Below are positions 9,844 through 19,673 of a stretch of 64,000 nt of DNA, piece by piece. The notes under the pieces were generated by a model. The model did no database searches. It saw nothing but the letters and a program-made list of their open reading frames with translations, and was not told the DNA's origin. Source of the DNA: Thermodesulfobacteriota bacterium (lineage in GTDB: Bacteria; Desulfobacterota_D; UBA1144; Nemesobacterales; UBA2774); contig OY729416.1 of NCBI GenBank assembly GCA_963422265.1, positions 512,001-576,000 on the forward strand, in the 5' to 3' direction. Position numbers and translations under genes: made by a program. Position 1 is the stretch's first letter, and the number at the start of each line of letters is the position of its first letter.

Positions 9844-10251
9844 CTAGCTTGACACGGTCCATTTTATTAAAAGCGTTACTATATCCTTCAGGTCTATTGC
9901 TCCTCCAACATTGTCTTTGTATTCATAAGAGTCGTCAGGTTTTGAGAACGAAAGTTTAAGCAGCTGCCTACTTGAGGATGCCCCTTTGCCCTTGGCGTTG
10001 TTGTTACTCCTCTTTCTTCCTATAAATACAATTGAATTAGGATATTCATCAAATGCTACAACGAGCTTGGTCAGAGAAATTATGCAAAAACCTCCGTTCC
10101 TACCGGGAATATCAAGGAAAATATCAAGGAATTCAGGAGGGAGTTCACGCACGATGAGCGGCGCGCCATCCGAAGCTTTGTTGTGCGCGGCAACCCCTTT
10201 TTCAGTAATGACTATAAGGTTCTGAATTACCTCTATAAGTTCGTTATCCAT
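9844..10251 (-). CDS. Hypothetical protein
   Basis: 135-aa ORF co-oriented with and directly downstream of the TPR gene. No family recognised. Confidence 0.6.
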   Translation of the reverse strand: MDNELIEVIQNLIVITEKGVAAHNKASDGAPLIVRELPPEFLDIFLDIPGRNGGFCIISLTKLVVAFDEYPNSIVFIGRKRSNNNAKGKGASSSRQLLKLSFSKPDDSYEYKDNVGGAIDLKDIVTLLIKWTVSS

Positions 10252-10286
10252 CAGTAAGGGGTCAGCCTTTTGCTCTCCCTCGGAAT

Positions 10287-12047
10287 TTAATTTAGATTTC
10301 GCTTCAGACTGTTTACTTTTTTTTGAAGCCTCATCTTGAGTTTAACGTCTTCGCGTTCCAAGGGATCCTTGAACAACCCAACCCCCCTTTTGTAGTATTC
10401 AAGAGCTTTTAGAGTGTCTCCCTTATCTTTGTATAAATCCCCCAAGTGCTCCATAATAGCGGGATCATTTGGCTGAAGGCTAGCAGCCTTTTCTAGGAGT
10501 TGAGTTGCTTCTTTATAGCGCCTCTTCTTATAGTAAACCCAGCCTAAGCTATCAATTATATAGCCTTTATTAGGAGAAATGTTGAGCGCTCTTTTAATAA
10601 GATCCTCCGCTTCATCCAAATTGACGCCCATATCTGCATACGTGTAACCAATAAAATTAAGGGCGTCCGCATGGCTAGGGTTTATCTTTATTAGTTCTTT
10701 CATAGTATTTATCGATTTCTCTTCTTCCTCCATGGAATAATAAGTTGCACCTAAGGAGTAGTAGATTGCCTCATCGTTTGGGTTTGACCGTAGAAATTTT
10801 TTATAAATCTTAATGGCTTCCCGGCTTCTATCTAATCTCCGATAAACGCTTCCTAAGTAATTAACAATTATCCTGTTATTAGGTTGATGGCCATAAGCCT
10901 GCTTAGCGAACTGGAGTGATTTGACTAAGTTCTTCTTCTTCTCATGAGTGAAAGCCTTTTGCACGAGGCTCTCACTATAAAATTCAGAGTCTGGATTGAT
11001 CGAGTCAAGTATGCGCAAAGCTTGATCGTATTCGCCGATTTCTATGTGAGAAAGTGCTAGATAATATGTAGCCCTTTCGTTGTTAGGATTGCTCGAGAGA
11101 ATTAGCCGAAACTCTTCAATAGCTTTTCTAAATTCTTTATTCTCAATATAAAGAAACCCTAATCTAAACTTCAAATCCGAATTTTGATAACCGCTGAGGC
11201 TTTCCGCTTTTTCGAATTGTTCTTTCGCTTCCACCATTCGTCCTATCCTAAAAAGAAAGTTTCCGTAACTCACATATGATTCAAGACTGTGAGGAAGTAG
11301 GTTTATGATCTTTTTATATGTATCCCTGGACATTTCTATCCTTCCCTGTTTTTCATATACGAGCGCAAGCTCAATGAGGGCTGAAGCGAAGCTCGGATTG
11401 ATTTCGAGCGATTTGGCGTAGTAATTCTCTGCGCCTAAGAAGTCTTCTTTTTCGTAGAACAGTCTTGCTATAAAGTAATAACCTCTTTCGTTATCAGGGC
11501 GTATCTCTATTACTTTCCTAAAATTCTCTTCGGCTTCACTATACTTACCAGATTCAATCTGAATAATTCCTAACGAAAGATAGGCTTCAGGATCATCAGG
11601 GTTGATTTGGGTGGCTTGTTTCAAGATCTCTACTGATTTCCTTCTATACTCGGCATTGTGAGACACTGCATAGATTTTTCCTAACGTAGTAAAGGAAGGC
11701 GCAAACTTAGGATCAAGCTCGACAGATTGTTCAAGCTTATCAATCGCTTCTTTTATCCTGCCTGCTGATATGTATAACAGTGCGAGTTGATGTTTTAGAT
11801 AAGCGGATTTAGGATCATATTTTTCAGCGATTACAAGCTGTTGTAAGGTGTTGCTAAACTTACGTTTTAATAAATGGTGCTTTGATAAAATGAAATGGTA
11901 ATAGGCTTTATGCTTTGATTTCGTGTTAGATTCAGGGTTGTCTTCGATACTGCTAGCTGCTAGATCGGTTGTTAGTATAGTTTTCTGACCACAAGACAAA
12001 AGATCTAGTAATAGAACAAAGCTTACGATTACTATTCTAAGCGTCAT
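10287..12047 (-). CDS. Tetratricopeptide-repeat lipoprotein
   Basis: Lipobox-like LLSC, many TPR repeats, and a C-terminal ALNFIGYTYAD...IIDSLGWVYY...EHLGD signature. Confidence 0.9.
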   Translation of the reverse strand: MTLRIVIVSFVLLLDLLSCGQKTILTTDLAASSIEDNPESNTKSKHKAYYHFILSKHHLLKRKFSNTLQQLVIAEKYDPKSAYLKHQLALLYISAGRIKEAIDKLEQSVELDPKFAPSFTTLGKIYAVSHNAEYRRKSVEILKQATQINPDDPEAYLSLGIIQIESGKYSEAEENFRKVIEIRPDNERGYYFIARLFYEKEDFLGAENYYAKSLEINPSFASALIELALVYEKQGRIEMSRDTYKKIINLLPHSLESYVSYGNFLFRIGRMVEAKEQFEKAESLSGYQNSDLKFRLGFLYIENKEFRKAIEEFRLILSSNPNNERATYYLALSHIEIGEYDQALRILDSINPDSEFYSESLVQKAFTHEKKKNLVKSLQFAKQAYGHQPNNRIIVNYLGSVYRRLDRSREAIKIYKKFLRSNPNDEAIYYSLGATYYSMEEEEKSINTMKELIKINPSHADALNFIGYTYADMGVNLDEAEDLIKRALNISPNKGYIIDSLGWVYYKKRRYKEATQLLEKAASLQPNDPAIMEHLGDLYKDKGDTLKALEYYKRGVGLFKDPLEREDVKLKMRLQKKVNSLKRNLN

Positions 12048-12059
12048 CTTTCGAGGCGT

Positions 12060-13502
12060 CTATAATATCTCAAAGTTGATTTTACCTACTATTCCCATAA
12101 TCTGCTGTGAGCCTTTTATCAAATCGCCCTCAATTAGTTTTATGTGCGTTGCGTCAGCGGGAATCTGACCAAACATTGAATCAACGGCAACCCATTTCCC
12201 TATGAAGACCTCGTTCCAAGCATGGTAACGGAAACTCCCGTCCACATAAACTGTTCCTAGGATGATCTTGGTGGGTATGCCAGCCGCGCGTGCCATTGCT
12301 GCGAATAACGCAGCGTGCTCGTTACAGTCGCCCGCTTTAGTATGAAGCGTATCTTTTGCGCTTGGTATGCTGGCAGCGCCTTCTTTTTTTAGGTTTTCAT
12401 ATATCCATTTATTAATTTTGCTTGCCGCTTTAAGTGAATCTGTCTCTCCGTTAAGAACGTTTTTAGTTTTAGATACTATCTTGTCGTCATTACTCTGTAT
12501 TAGATGGGCAGGTTTAAGATATTTAGAAAATTTCTCACCTTTATATGGTAATTGGTAATTTGTTATTTCCTTTAAGTCCGTAGATTTTATATTAACTATA
12601 CGACCTTGCAAAAACTGGCGGTAACCATCTCTTATATTAAGCTTTTCACTAAGCTCTATACCATTTATTCTGACCCTCAAATGCTTGAGTGCTCTGGCTT
12701 TAGCGAGTTTTGCTTTGGTGGGTTTAATGGACGTATCTCCCGTAATATCGTAAGAATAATAGTTTCCCCTTAAAATGTCGTCCTTTGACTCTCTGACGGC
12801 GACAAGCCCTGGCGGTATAATCTGCTTTACTATTTGTCCGTTAGGCGTAATCCAAGTTGTATACTTAGCCCCCTGGAAACTCGAGCTAACCCTGTAGGCG
12901 TAAGCGCCTCCCGCAAGATGAGGGGTCCTTAGCGTCTCTTTTCCTTCAATACGGTGGTTTGAAACAAGGTCCTCTATTTTCACTCCCATTAAGATCGCAA
13001 CTGGGTCAAAAAGCGAGACCTCATAAGCCCTCTTCATATTCAATGGACTATTATTATCAATTAGCCACTTGGGAAATAGAGACGGCAGGATAAGAACTCT
13101 ATCAATAGGGACTTTAATATCCGTCTTCCCTGAAATTGTTTCCATTGTTATAAGAAGACTCTGCCCTTCCCTTCTCCCTTCAGCTCGTATATTGAGGGAT
13201 TCGGCGGACATAAAGAAACTAAAGGATTTGATTTCGTAATTGTCCAAATTGTAACGTCCCTCAGTCTCTACTTCCTGATTTTTCCCAAGGAGTTTTACTT
13301 TGAGCTTGGTTATCTCAGTTGCTTTAGTAAAGCCGTTGATATTTTTTCTGATTGAGCTATGGGAATAACCTATTCTCTGATCCCCCGAGTAAATGCCTAA
13401 CCAATTTTCCTCAAAGATGCTTTCATCTGCGTTTAACTGAGGCAGGTTTAGACATAAAGAAAGAAAGATCCATATCACTGAATATCTAGCTATCAATCTC
13501 AT
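12060..13502 (-). CDS. Exported transglutaminase-like domain protein
   Basis: Signal peptide and the Cys-His-Asp triad motifs GDCNEHA, YHAWNEV and WVAVD. Confidence 0.88.
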   Translation of the reverse strand: MRLIARYSVIWIFLSLCLNLPQLNADESIFEENWLGIYSGDQRIGYSHSSIRKNINGFTKATEITKLKVKLLGKNQEVETEGRYNLDNYEIKSFSFFMSAESLNIRAEGRREGQSLLITMETISGKTDIKVPIDRVLILPSLFPKWLIDNNSPLNMKRAYEVSLFDPVAILMGVKIEDLVSNHRIEGKETLRTPHLAGGAYAYRVSSSFQGAKYTTWITPNGQIVKQIIPPGLVAVRESKDDILRGNYYSYDITGDTSIKPTKAKLAKARALKHLRVRINGIELSEKLNIRDGYRQFLQGRIVNIKSTDLKEITNYQLPYKGEKFSKYLKPAHLIQSNDDKIVSKTKNVLNGETDSLKAASKINKWIYENLKKEGAASIPSAKDTLHTKAGDCNEHAALFAAMARAAGIPTKIILGTVYVDGSFRYHAWNEVFIGKWVAVDSMFGQIPADATHIKLIEGDLIKGSQQIMGIVGKINFEIL

Positions 13503-13758
13503 ACGTGAATACCAACCTTCCCTATATATTTACGGGATACGAGTTTGAGAATTGCATCCAGCGATTTGTTATCCATAGATATATCTCTTACAGTCATCAA
13601 TTTTTATTTATCTTTAAACATTCGGAGACACCGCTGACACTGAAGATCGCAACTCAACTTCGGTAGGAGTTATCTTCTATCTCCTCCCTTTCACCTCACA
13701 TAAATAAATATCCACAGATGAGCACAGATAATGAAAGAAAGATAAATAAAAAATGTCT

Positions 13759-14547
13759 TTACAAATGATCTTTCATTGATTCATAAAAGACTTTAGCAAC
13801 CTTTTTACATCCACTCTGGGTAAGATGAAGCTGATCGTTAAAGTCTTCCTTTTTCAATTTCAAGGCTGAAGTATCGGCAAATATCAGCCAGTCCTTATAA
13901 TCTTTTTTGAGATCCTGTAGCATCTCTTTCATCTGCTCTATCATTAGGCGTTCTGCTTCTTCCTTCTCGTTTTTATTGTATTCTCCTAGCCATGGGCCAG
14001 CAAGCGGGATTCCCAAAAAAGTAGTTGGACCTTCTCCTTCTCCGAAGCAATAACAATGCGTCACCATTTTCACTCCTTTATCATAACATAATTTAAGTAA
14101 ACTTTCGTAAGAGCGCCTAACCTCCTCATCAATAGCTTTGCGTATTGATACCTCAATATCGTCCGGGAGAAATTCCTCTAACCCGTCTATTATATCGTTA
14201 CCTCCGCCTGAAAATAACAGGAAGTCAATATCCCAGTTGAGGCAATCTCTTAATGTAAGGACTCTTTCCCCTGTGCTTTGCCAATGAGTTGCATGAGATC
14301 CATTTACTGCCAAATTCAGTATACGGTGGCGAATTCTCTTCTTGTAAGCAAGTAGGTAAGAAAATTGTTCAACAACATTCAGCCCTGCATACCCCAGATC
14401 CATATAGCAAAACCACGAATCCCCAGCAGCTAGCATATTGTGCCCATCGTTTTTGTTTTGTGCATCTCTTTTGAAATCGTCGCCCTCTCCGTAGCACCAA
14501 TAATAAACATTCTCAAAAGCAGCGTTTCTTGATCCATGCTTTAACAT
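13759..14547 (-). CDS. SGNH/GDSL-type hydrolase
   Basis: Block I AAGDSW, block III FSGGGND, block V DQLH. AAGGAGG SD, no signal peptide. Confidence 0.8.
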   Translation of the reverse strand: MLKHGSRNAAFENVYYWCYGEGDDFKRDAQNKNDGHNMLAAGDSWFCYMDLGYAGLNVVEQFSYLLAYKKRIRHRILNLAVNGSHATHWQSTGERVLTLRDCLNWDIDFLLFSGGGNDIIDGLEEFLPDDIEVSIRKAIDEEVRRSYESLLKLCYDKGVKMVTHCYCFGEGEGPTTFLGIPLAGPWLGEYNKNEKEEAERLMIEQMKEMLQDLKKDYKDWLIFADTSALKLKKEDFNDQLHLTQSGCKKVAKVFYESMKDHL

Positions 14548-14709
14548 AATAACTTCCTCCTTGTAACAACTTGTAACAAAATTTTTTCAAATAAACATGT
14601 GGCAACAGCCGATACTTCTAACTACTCATTCAACACCTAAACTAAAACTTCACCTATGAAGCAAGATTACAATGACTATCAAGTACTAGGAGCCTTTTGG
14701 GAAGAATCC

Positions 14710-14955
14710 TTACTTTTGTATAGCCATCTTCACAATTTTCTCTGCTGACCTGGCTCCGATGTATCCCCCAATACCGATCTCCAATAAAAGCCATGTCCTA
14801 TCATTTAAATTGAACCACGATGATTCAGGTGCAATGAAATCTACAACTACCATACCAACGAAAACTAGCATAGTGATTGGACGCCAGTTCCTTTGCAACC
14901 AGGAATGACCTGTTATTTCCTCGTGCACTAAATCCGCCGACGTTGTGTTACTCAT
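14710..14955 (-). CDS. 3TM-type holin (GTA_holin_3TM-like), short form
   Basis: SWLQRNWRP followed by a TM helix, and a C-terminal LLEIGIGGYIGARSAEK, both typical of the family. AAGGAGG SD. Confidence 0.8.
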   Translation of the reverse strand: MSNTTSADLVHEEITGHSWLQRNWRPITMLVFVGMVVVDFIAPESSWFNLNDRTWLLLEIGIGGYIGARSAEKIVKMAIQK

Positions 14956-15028
14956 CTGTTACCTCCTTATAAATAATAGAGTTAGTTTAAATCTAAACAT
15001 TAGCCAATTATTTGTCCCTAATACTTAT

Positions 15029-15328
15029 TCACTTGATCTTTGTTTCGTAAATCAGATAACCAGGACCCGCAAAAGGAGCACCAAACACTAAGGCATAAAG
15101 CCACCAATGCTCATCCGTCAACAAATTCCCAACCCCAAACCAAGCAAGTTCTAAATCTGTATATGAATTAAAATAAGTCGGGGCACCAGCTTGAGCCAAT
15201 ACCAACGTCTTATTATGCTCCCAGCCAGCTACCTCCTCAGCCTAAAGCATATGTTAGGGCCGTATATCAGTCATACAGGCACCTAAACATAGGACAAAAA
15301 AAGCTAAAACGAGAATAAATCCCTTCAT
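15029..15328 (-). pseudogene. Decayed small lipoprotein/membrane protein gene (or a 24-aa lipopeptide ORF)
   Basis: AAGGAGG SD and ATG at 15328. The frame reads MKGFILVLAFFVLCLGACMTDIRP*HML*AEEVAGWEHNK...WWLYALVFGAPFAGPGYLIYETKIK*, with in-frame stops at 15254-15256 and 15242-15244. Confidence 0.45.
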
Positions 15329-15728
15329 AATATACCTCCTTAATTATATATTATTGTTTTTTCTTGCTTTTATCCTTATAGCACTTAACAAGGCTGCATG
15401 AATGCCTCGTTTTAAAGTTTTCAGATAATTTAGAATTGGTAGATGAGATTCTATTTCCCGAGGTTGGATACTAGCTCTCCGCTCAAGAGGTTGCAGGAAT
15501 AGGCTTATAGAGAATGACAGATAGGGGAGCGAGAGAAATCTCAAAAAATGAGTAAGTGATGGGCACTTCTCCTCAAGAGAGATTAGTGAAGTGAGAAGAA
15601 AATATTGAGTTAGAAAACGGCGAAACTCTATATAGTTTGGAAGAACGCAGCCTAACCTACTGAAATCATTAAATATTCGGGGAGGGGTGGGGGTAGATAA
15701 GGTAGTAGGCTTTCTCTTTACTTTCATT

Positions 15729-16247
15729 ACCCTAGTCCTCTCCCAGAGAGAGAAGGAGTTTTTAGTTCGTCTGGTTCGGCAGATGCAGGTGGAAGGAAAG
15801 TCTGAACTATGATTTTTATGATTGAATGATGGAGACTATGATTGAGGTGCATAGGGCAAGATAGATTTCTCAGCTTAGCTAGGAATAATTGGAGGAAGCA
15901 TTTTCATTTCCCGCTTCCCTGTTAAATCCCTCTATATCCCCCTTTACAAAAGAACTGGATTCCAATTTTCCGCACCCGATCCCCTATCAAATCCCCCCCT
16001 TTAGAAAAGGGGGGGGAAACATAAAGTGGATTCTGGTTCCCTGCCTAAGCATGTTCCTGCATGTATTAAGCAGGAAACTACGGGGGGGCAGGTAAGTTGG
16101 GAATGGTGGGCGGATTGGACATCACTCCCCAATCTCCTATCGAACCACCCTTTAATTCCCTCTTTAGCAAAGAGAGAAAGTCTATTGTCAGGCTCAGAGA
16201 TTGGCAAAAGATTTCCCTTCTTTTGTAAAGGAAGGCTAGGGAGGATT
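15729..16247. repeat. Cluster of degenerate REP-like hairpins (CCCCCTTT-N3-AAAGGGGG type)
   Basis: Related units at ~15926-15952, 15979-16016 (ccccccctttagaaaagggggggg), 16146-16178 and 16213-16247, plus cctctcccagagagagaagg near 15737. Confidence 0.6.
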
Positions 16248-16334
16248 GCTTTTTGGTTGTTGTAGTGAGCATGCAAAATATTGAACCCTGCTTGCGTTGA
16301 CACCAAAGCTCTGATTGGGTTTATTAGACAGAGT

Positions 16335-17411
16335 ATGAAGTTGAAAAATATATTTAGAAAAACCTTTAACAGGGGAAGGATAGACTCTGAAGAAGCGCTC
16401 TACTTGCTTCAAAACGCTAATACTGTTCAGTTAGGCGCCGTCGCCGATTTGGTAAGGAGAACGTTGCATCCAGAAGGAGTGGTTACATTTGTAGCCGATA
16501 CCAACCCCAACTACACGAACGTATGCGACACGGAGTGTCTTTTCTGCGCGTTTTGGAGACCTTCTGATGCCTCGGACGCTTATACGCTTAGCGTGGATAA
16601 GCTAATTGAGATAATGAGAACCTCCTACCATAACGGCGCTACGACGGTGCTTCTGCAAGGGGGTCACAACCCTAAAATCGGTTTTGATTATTACCTTGAA
16701 ATCGTAAGAAGAGCTAGAAAGGAAATTCCAGGACTTCACCTACATTTATTTTCCGCCCCAGAGATAAGCGCTATTGCAAAATACTCTAACACAACTACTG
16801 AAAGTATTCTCGAGCAGCTTTGGGAAGCGGGGCTTAGAACAATTCCTGGTGGAGGAGCGGAAGTGCTTTCTAACCGTGTGAGAAAGAAGATAAGTCCCCT
16901 CAAAATAGATGCGGATGAATGGATGAAGGTTACGCGAGAGGCACACCTTATGGGTTTCAAAACTACGGCTACGATGATGTTTGGACACTTTGAGGAAGAC
17001 GGGGATATTATTGAGCACCTAGAAAGGATAAGAAACTTACAGGACGATACAGGTAATTTTCTTGCCTTCATCCCCTGGACGTTCAAACCCAAAAACACCT
17101 TCTTAGAAAGAAAACTCCCGCATGAGGTCGGCGGTGATAGATATCTGCGCGTCCTCGCCCTTTCTCGTATATACCTCGACAACTTCGCTCATATTCAAGG
17201 TTCTTGGTTCACCCAGGGCAATAAGATAGGCTCCCTTTCAATGCACTATGGGGCGAGCGATCTAGGCGGAACGCTGTTTGATGAAAATGTATTAACATGC
17301 GCTGAAAATAAATATCGCTCTAGCCTCGAAGAGCTTGTGCATATGATTAGTTCCGCAGGCTTCAAGCCTGCTCAAAGAAACACGTTTTATGAAATTGTGA
17401 ACAGATATTAG
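16335..17411 (+). CDS. mqnC: Cyclic dehypoxanthinyl futalosine synthase (menaquinone futalosine pathway radical SAM)
   Basis: NYTNVCDTECLFCAF, LLQGGHNP, IPGGGAEVL, TATMMFGH, AFIPWTF, SWFTQG. Start moved to the internal ATG at 16335. Confidence 0.85.
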   Translation: MKLKNIFRKTFNRGRIDSEEALYLLQNANTVQLGAVADLVRRTLHPEGVVTFVADTNPNYTNVCDTECLFCAFWRPSDASDAYTLSVDKLIEIMRTSYHNGATTVLLQGGHNPKIGFDYYLEIVRRARKEIPGLHLHLFSAPEISAIAKYSNTTTESILEQLWEAGLRTIPGGGAEVLSNRVRKKISPLKIDADEWMKVTREAHLMGFKTTATMMFGHFEEDGDIIEHLERIRNLQDDTGNFLAFIPWTFKPKNTFLERKLPHEVGGDRYLRVLALSRIYLDNFAHIQGSWFTQGNKIGSLSMHYGASDLGGTLFDENVLTCAENKYRSSLEELVHMISSAGFKPAQRNTFYEIVNRY

Positions 17412-17418
17412 TTAGTAA

Positions 17419-18930
17419 TCAGCCTTGTTTTAGCAAATCCCGATACATATTGAGATACTGCTCACCCGAGTTTCTCCAGGAAAAGTCCTCTTTCATCGCT
17501 CTTTTCACAAGCGCTTGCCATTCCTCTGCCTTTTCAAAGATGGATATTGCCCTTATCAAAGCGTCTAAAAGGCTAACCTTTGAAAACTCGTGGAATATGA
17601 AACCGTTACCGTTCACGTTATCCTCAGAGTAATCTTTTACCGTATCAATAAGTCCTCCTATACCTCTAACAACCGGTATGCTACCGTATCTGAGTGCAAT
17701 CATCTGACCAAGTCCGCAGGGCTCAAACCTCGAGGGCATAATAAACATATCGGATCCCGCATATATTCTTCTTTCAAGAGTATCATTAATGCCTATAGTT
17801 AGTGATACATTTCTATTGTATCGCCGTCTTGCCTTTCTTAAAAGTCGTTCATAACGTAGCTCACCTTTTCCTATAACTACAACCTGATAACCGAGATCTA
17901 GTATTTGAGGAAGGGCATCAATGAGAAGGTCTATACCCTTTTGCTCCGTAAGTTTTGAAACGATTCCAAGAAGCGGTGCGCTTTTATTTGGCTCGAGCCC
18001 TAATTCCTTTTTTAACAATTCTTTGTTCTTAGTCTTATTACCATGCCTCGCATAACTGTAGTTCTCATAAATTGAGGGGTCTTTATCAGGATTCCAGAGG
18101 TTAAAATCAATGCCATTTAGTATCCCGACGAAGTTGTTCGATTTTCTAGTTATCCACTTAAAAACTGCCTCCATGCCGTAGGCGTATTCACGTTTCTTTA
18201 GCTCTTCAGCGTAGGTAGGGCTTACAGTTGTTACCATATGGGAGTATATGATCCCTCCTTTTAGAAGATTGGCTTTCCCATGAAGCTCAAGTCCCTGGGG
18301 TGTGAATAAGTATATTGGGAGTCCGAACCTTTCTAGTATGTCTTTAGCAAAAGTTCCCTGATAAGAAACGTTGTGGACGGTAAAAACAATTTTTGAATTC
18401 TTAAAAAAGTCATCATCCCTTAGATGCTTTCGCCATTTAAGGAATATTGGAACAAAAGCTCCCTGCCAGTCATGGCAATGTATGATGTCTGGTTTAAAGT
18501 TAAGCGCTTTTGCCGCTCCTAAAGAGGATAAGGATAAGAATCCGAACCTCAGGTCGTTATCTTCAAATTCTCCTTTTCGCGTGGCGTAAATTTGATCGCG
18601 TTTATAGAGTTCGTCGTTCTCTATTAAATAGACGGTTACACGGTCGAGGTTGAGTTTGTATATGTTGCAGGCTACAGGAAGCCAGTCAATGCAAACTGTG
18701 ACGCTTTCTTTTAATTTTTTGGGTTTTATTTTAAGCTTGTTTAAGTTCTTCTTTACCTGTTTATAGAAAGGTATAGCAACCCTCAAGTCACATTTAAGTC
18801 CTGAGAGCCTCCTTGATAAAGCTCCTATTACATCGGCAAGTCCACCGACTTTCGCTAGGGGCTCCATTTCTGAAACTATGAATAAAACTTTCATTTTTTC
18901 ACATAAGTGCTTAGGGTCTTCTTTTCTCAT
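17419..18930 (-). CDS. glgA: Glycogen/starch synthase (GT5)
   Basis: KVGGLADV, IHCHDWQ, TVHNVSYQG, GILNGID, MPSRFEPCGLGQ. Confidence 0.92.
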   Translation of the reverse strand: MRKEDPKHLCEKMKVLFIVSEMEPLAKVGGLADVIGALSRRLSGLKCDLRVAIPFYKQVKKNLNKLKIKPKKLKESVTVCIDWLPVACNIYKLNLDRVTVYLIENDELYKRDQIYATRKGEFEDNDLRFGFLSLSSLGAAKALNFKPDIIHCHDWQGAFVPIFLKWRKHLRDDDFFKNSKIVFTVHNVSYQGTFAKDILERFGLPIYLFTPQGLELHGKANLLKGGIIYSHMVTTVSPTYAEELKKREYAYGMEAVFKWITRKSNNFVGILNGIDFNLWNPDKDPSIYENYSYARHGNKTKNKELLKKELGLEPNKSAPLLGIVSKLTEQKGIDLLIDALPQILDLGYQVVVIGKGELRYERLLRKARRRYNRNVSLTIGINDTLERRIYAGSDMFIMPSRFEPCGLGQMIALRYGSIPVVRGIGGLIDTVKDYSEDNVNGNGFIFHEFSKVSLLDALIRAISIFEKAEEWQALVKRAMKEDFSWRNSGEQYLNMYRDLLKQG

Positions 18931-18964
18931 AAGCTATTTGTAAATTCGTAAAACCTTCCTCGCT

Positions 18965-19606
18965 TTACGCTTGGACAGGTGCTCTTTCTAAATCAGCAAA
19001 TCTAGTTACAAATGTTTTGGCAGTTTCACTTATAGCTTTGGACTCAATTCGTTTATTGCTCCCTAAGAGCGCTCCTGAAATACCTACGGCAGTAACTCCT
19101 GCTTGTATATAGTTTATAAAATTATGGTAGTTTATTCCCCCTGTAGCCATAATTTCCATGAAAGGGAGAGGCTTTTTGATCGCTTTTACATACGATGGTC
19201 CCCCAACTGATTCGGCGGGGAAAATCTTCACCAAGTCTGCTCCTTCCCTCCAAGCGTTTACCATTTCAGAAGACGTGAGCGCTCCCTGTATGCTTAGTAC
19301 ATTGTTACTTTTAGCAAATGAGATTAGCTCTTTATCAGTATGGGGAGAGACAATAAACTTGGATCCAGCCCTTAGGGCGTCTTGCGCCATTTGGAGATTT
19401 AGCACCGTCCCCGCCCCTACCGATATGCCTACCCTCTGGCTTAGTTCTGAAATTACCGTCTCAGCCCCTGCAAATGAAAAAGTAACCTCTATTAGCTTTA
19501 AGCCACCCTTTATGCAGCCTTCGGCGAACTCAAGCGCTTCCTCTATGCTATTACCACTTATAACAGCAATTATCCTGTTCCTTTTTATCTGATTAAGAGT
19601 ACTCAC
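18965..19606 (-). CDS. eda: KDPG/KHG aldolase
   Basis: LIEVTF, VGAGTVL, FIVSP, VKIFPA, MATGGI. Confidence 0.88.
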   Translation of the reverse strand: MSTLNQIKRNRIIAVISGNSIEEALEFAEGCIKGGLKLIEVTFSFAGAETVISELSQRVGISVGAGTVLNLQMAQDALRAGSKFIVSPHTDKELISFAKSNNVLSIQGALTSSEMVNAWREGADLVKIFPAESVGGPSYVKAIKKPLPFMEIMATGGINYHNFINYIQAGVTAVGISGALLGSNKRIESKAISETAKTFVTRFADLERAPVQA

Positions 19607-19673
19607 GTTAATACCTTAATAGAATCCTTCTGGAATTTTTATTAGTTTTTATGTAACATATAAACGGATTATT

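Noticed and set aside
15926-16247. Possible CRISPR array
   Set aside because: The units are degenerate with irregular spacing, and no cas genes are present.
13503-16300. Intact prophage or gene transfer agent
   Set aside because: Only a holin-like gene is present, with no integrase, terminase, capsid, tail or att repeats seen.
15344-16306. ORF-track ORFs 15344..15727, 15889..16095, 16001..16306, 16026..16265 and 16078..16272
   Set aside because: They overlap each other, lack SDs, and largely translate palindromic repeats. A short ILNYLK similarity to GxxExxY proteins is too weak to call.
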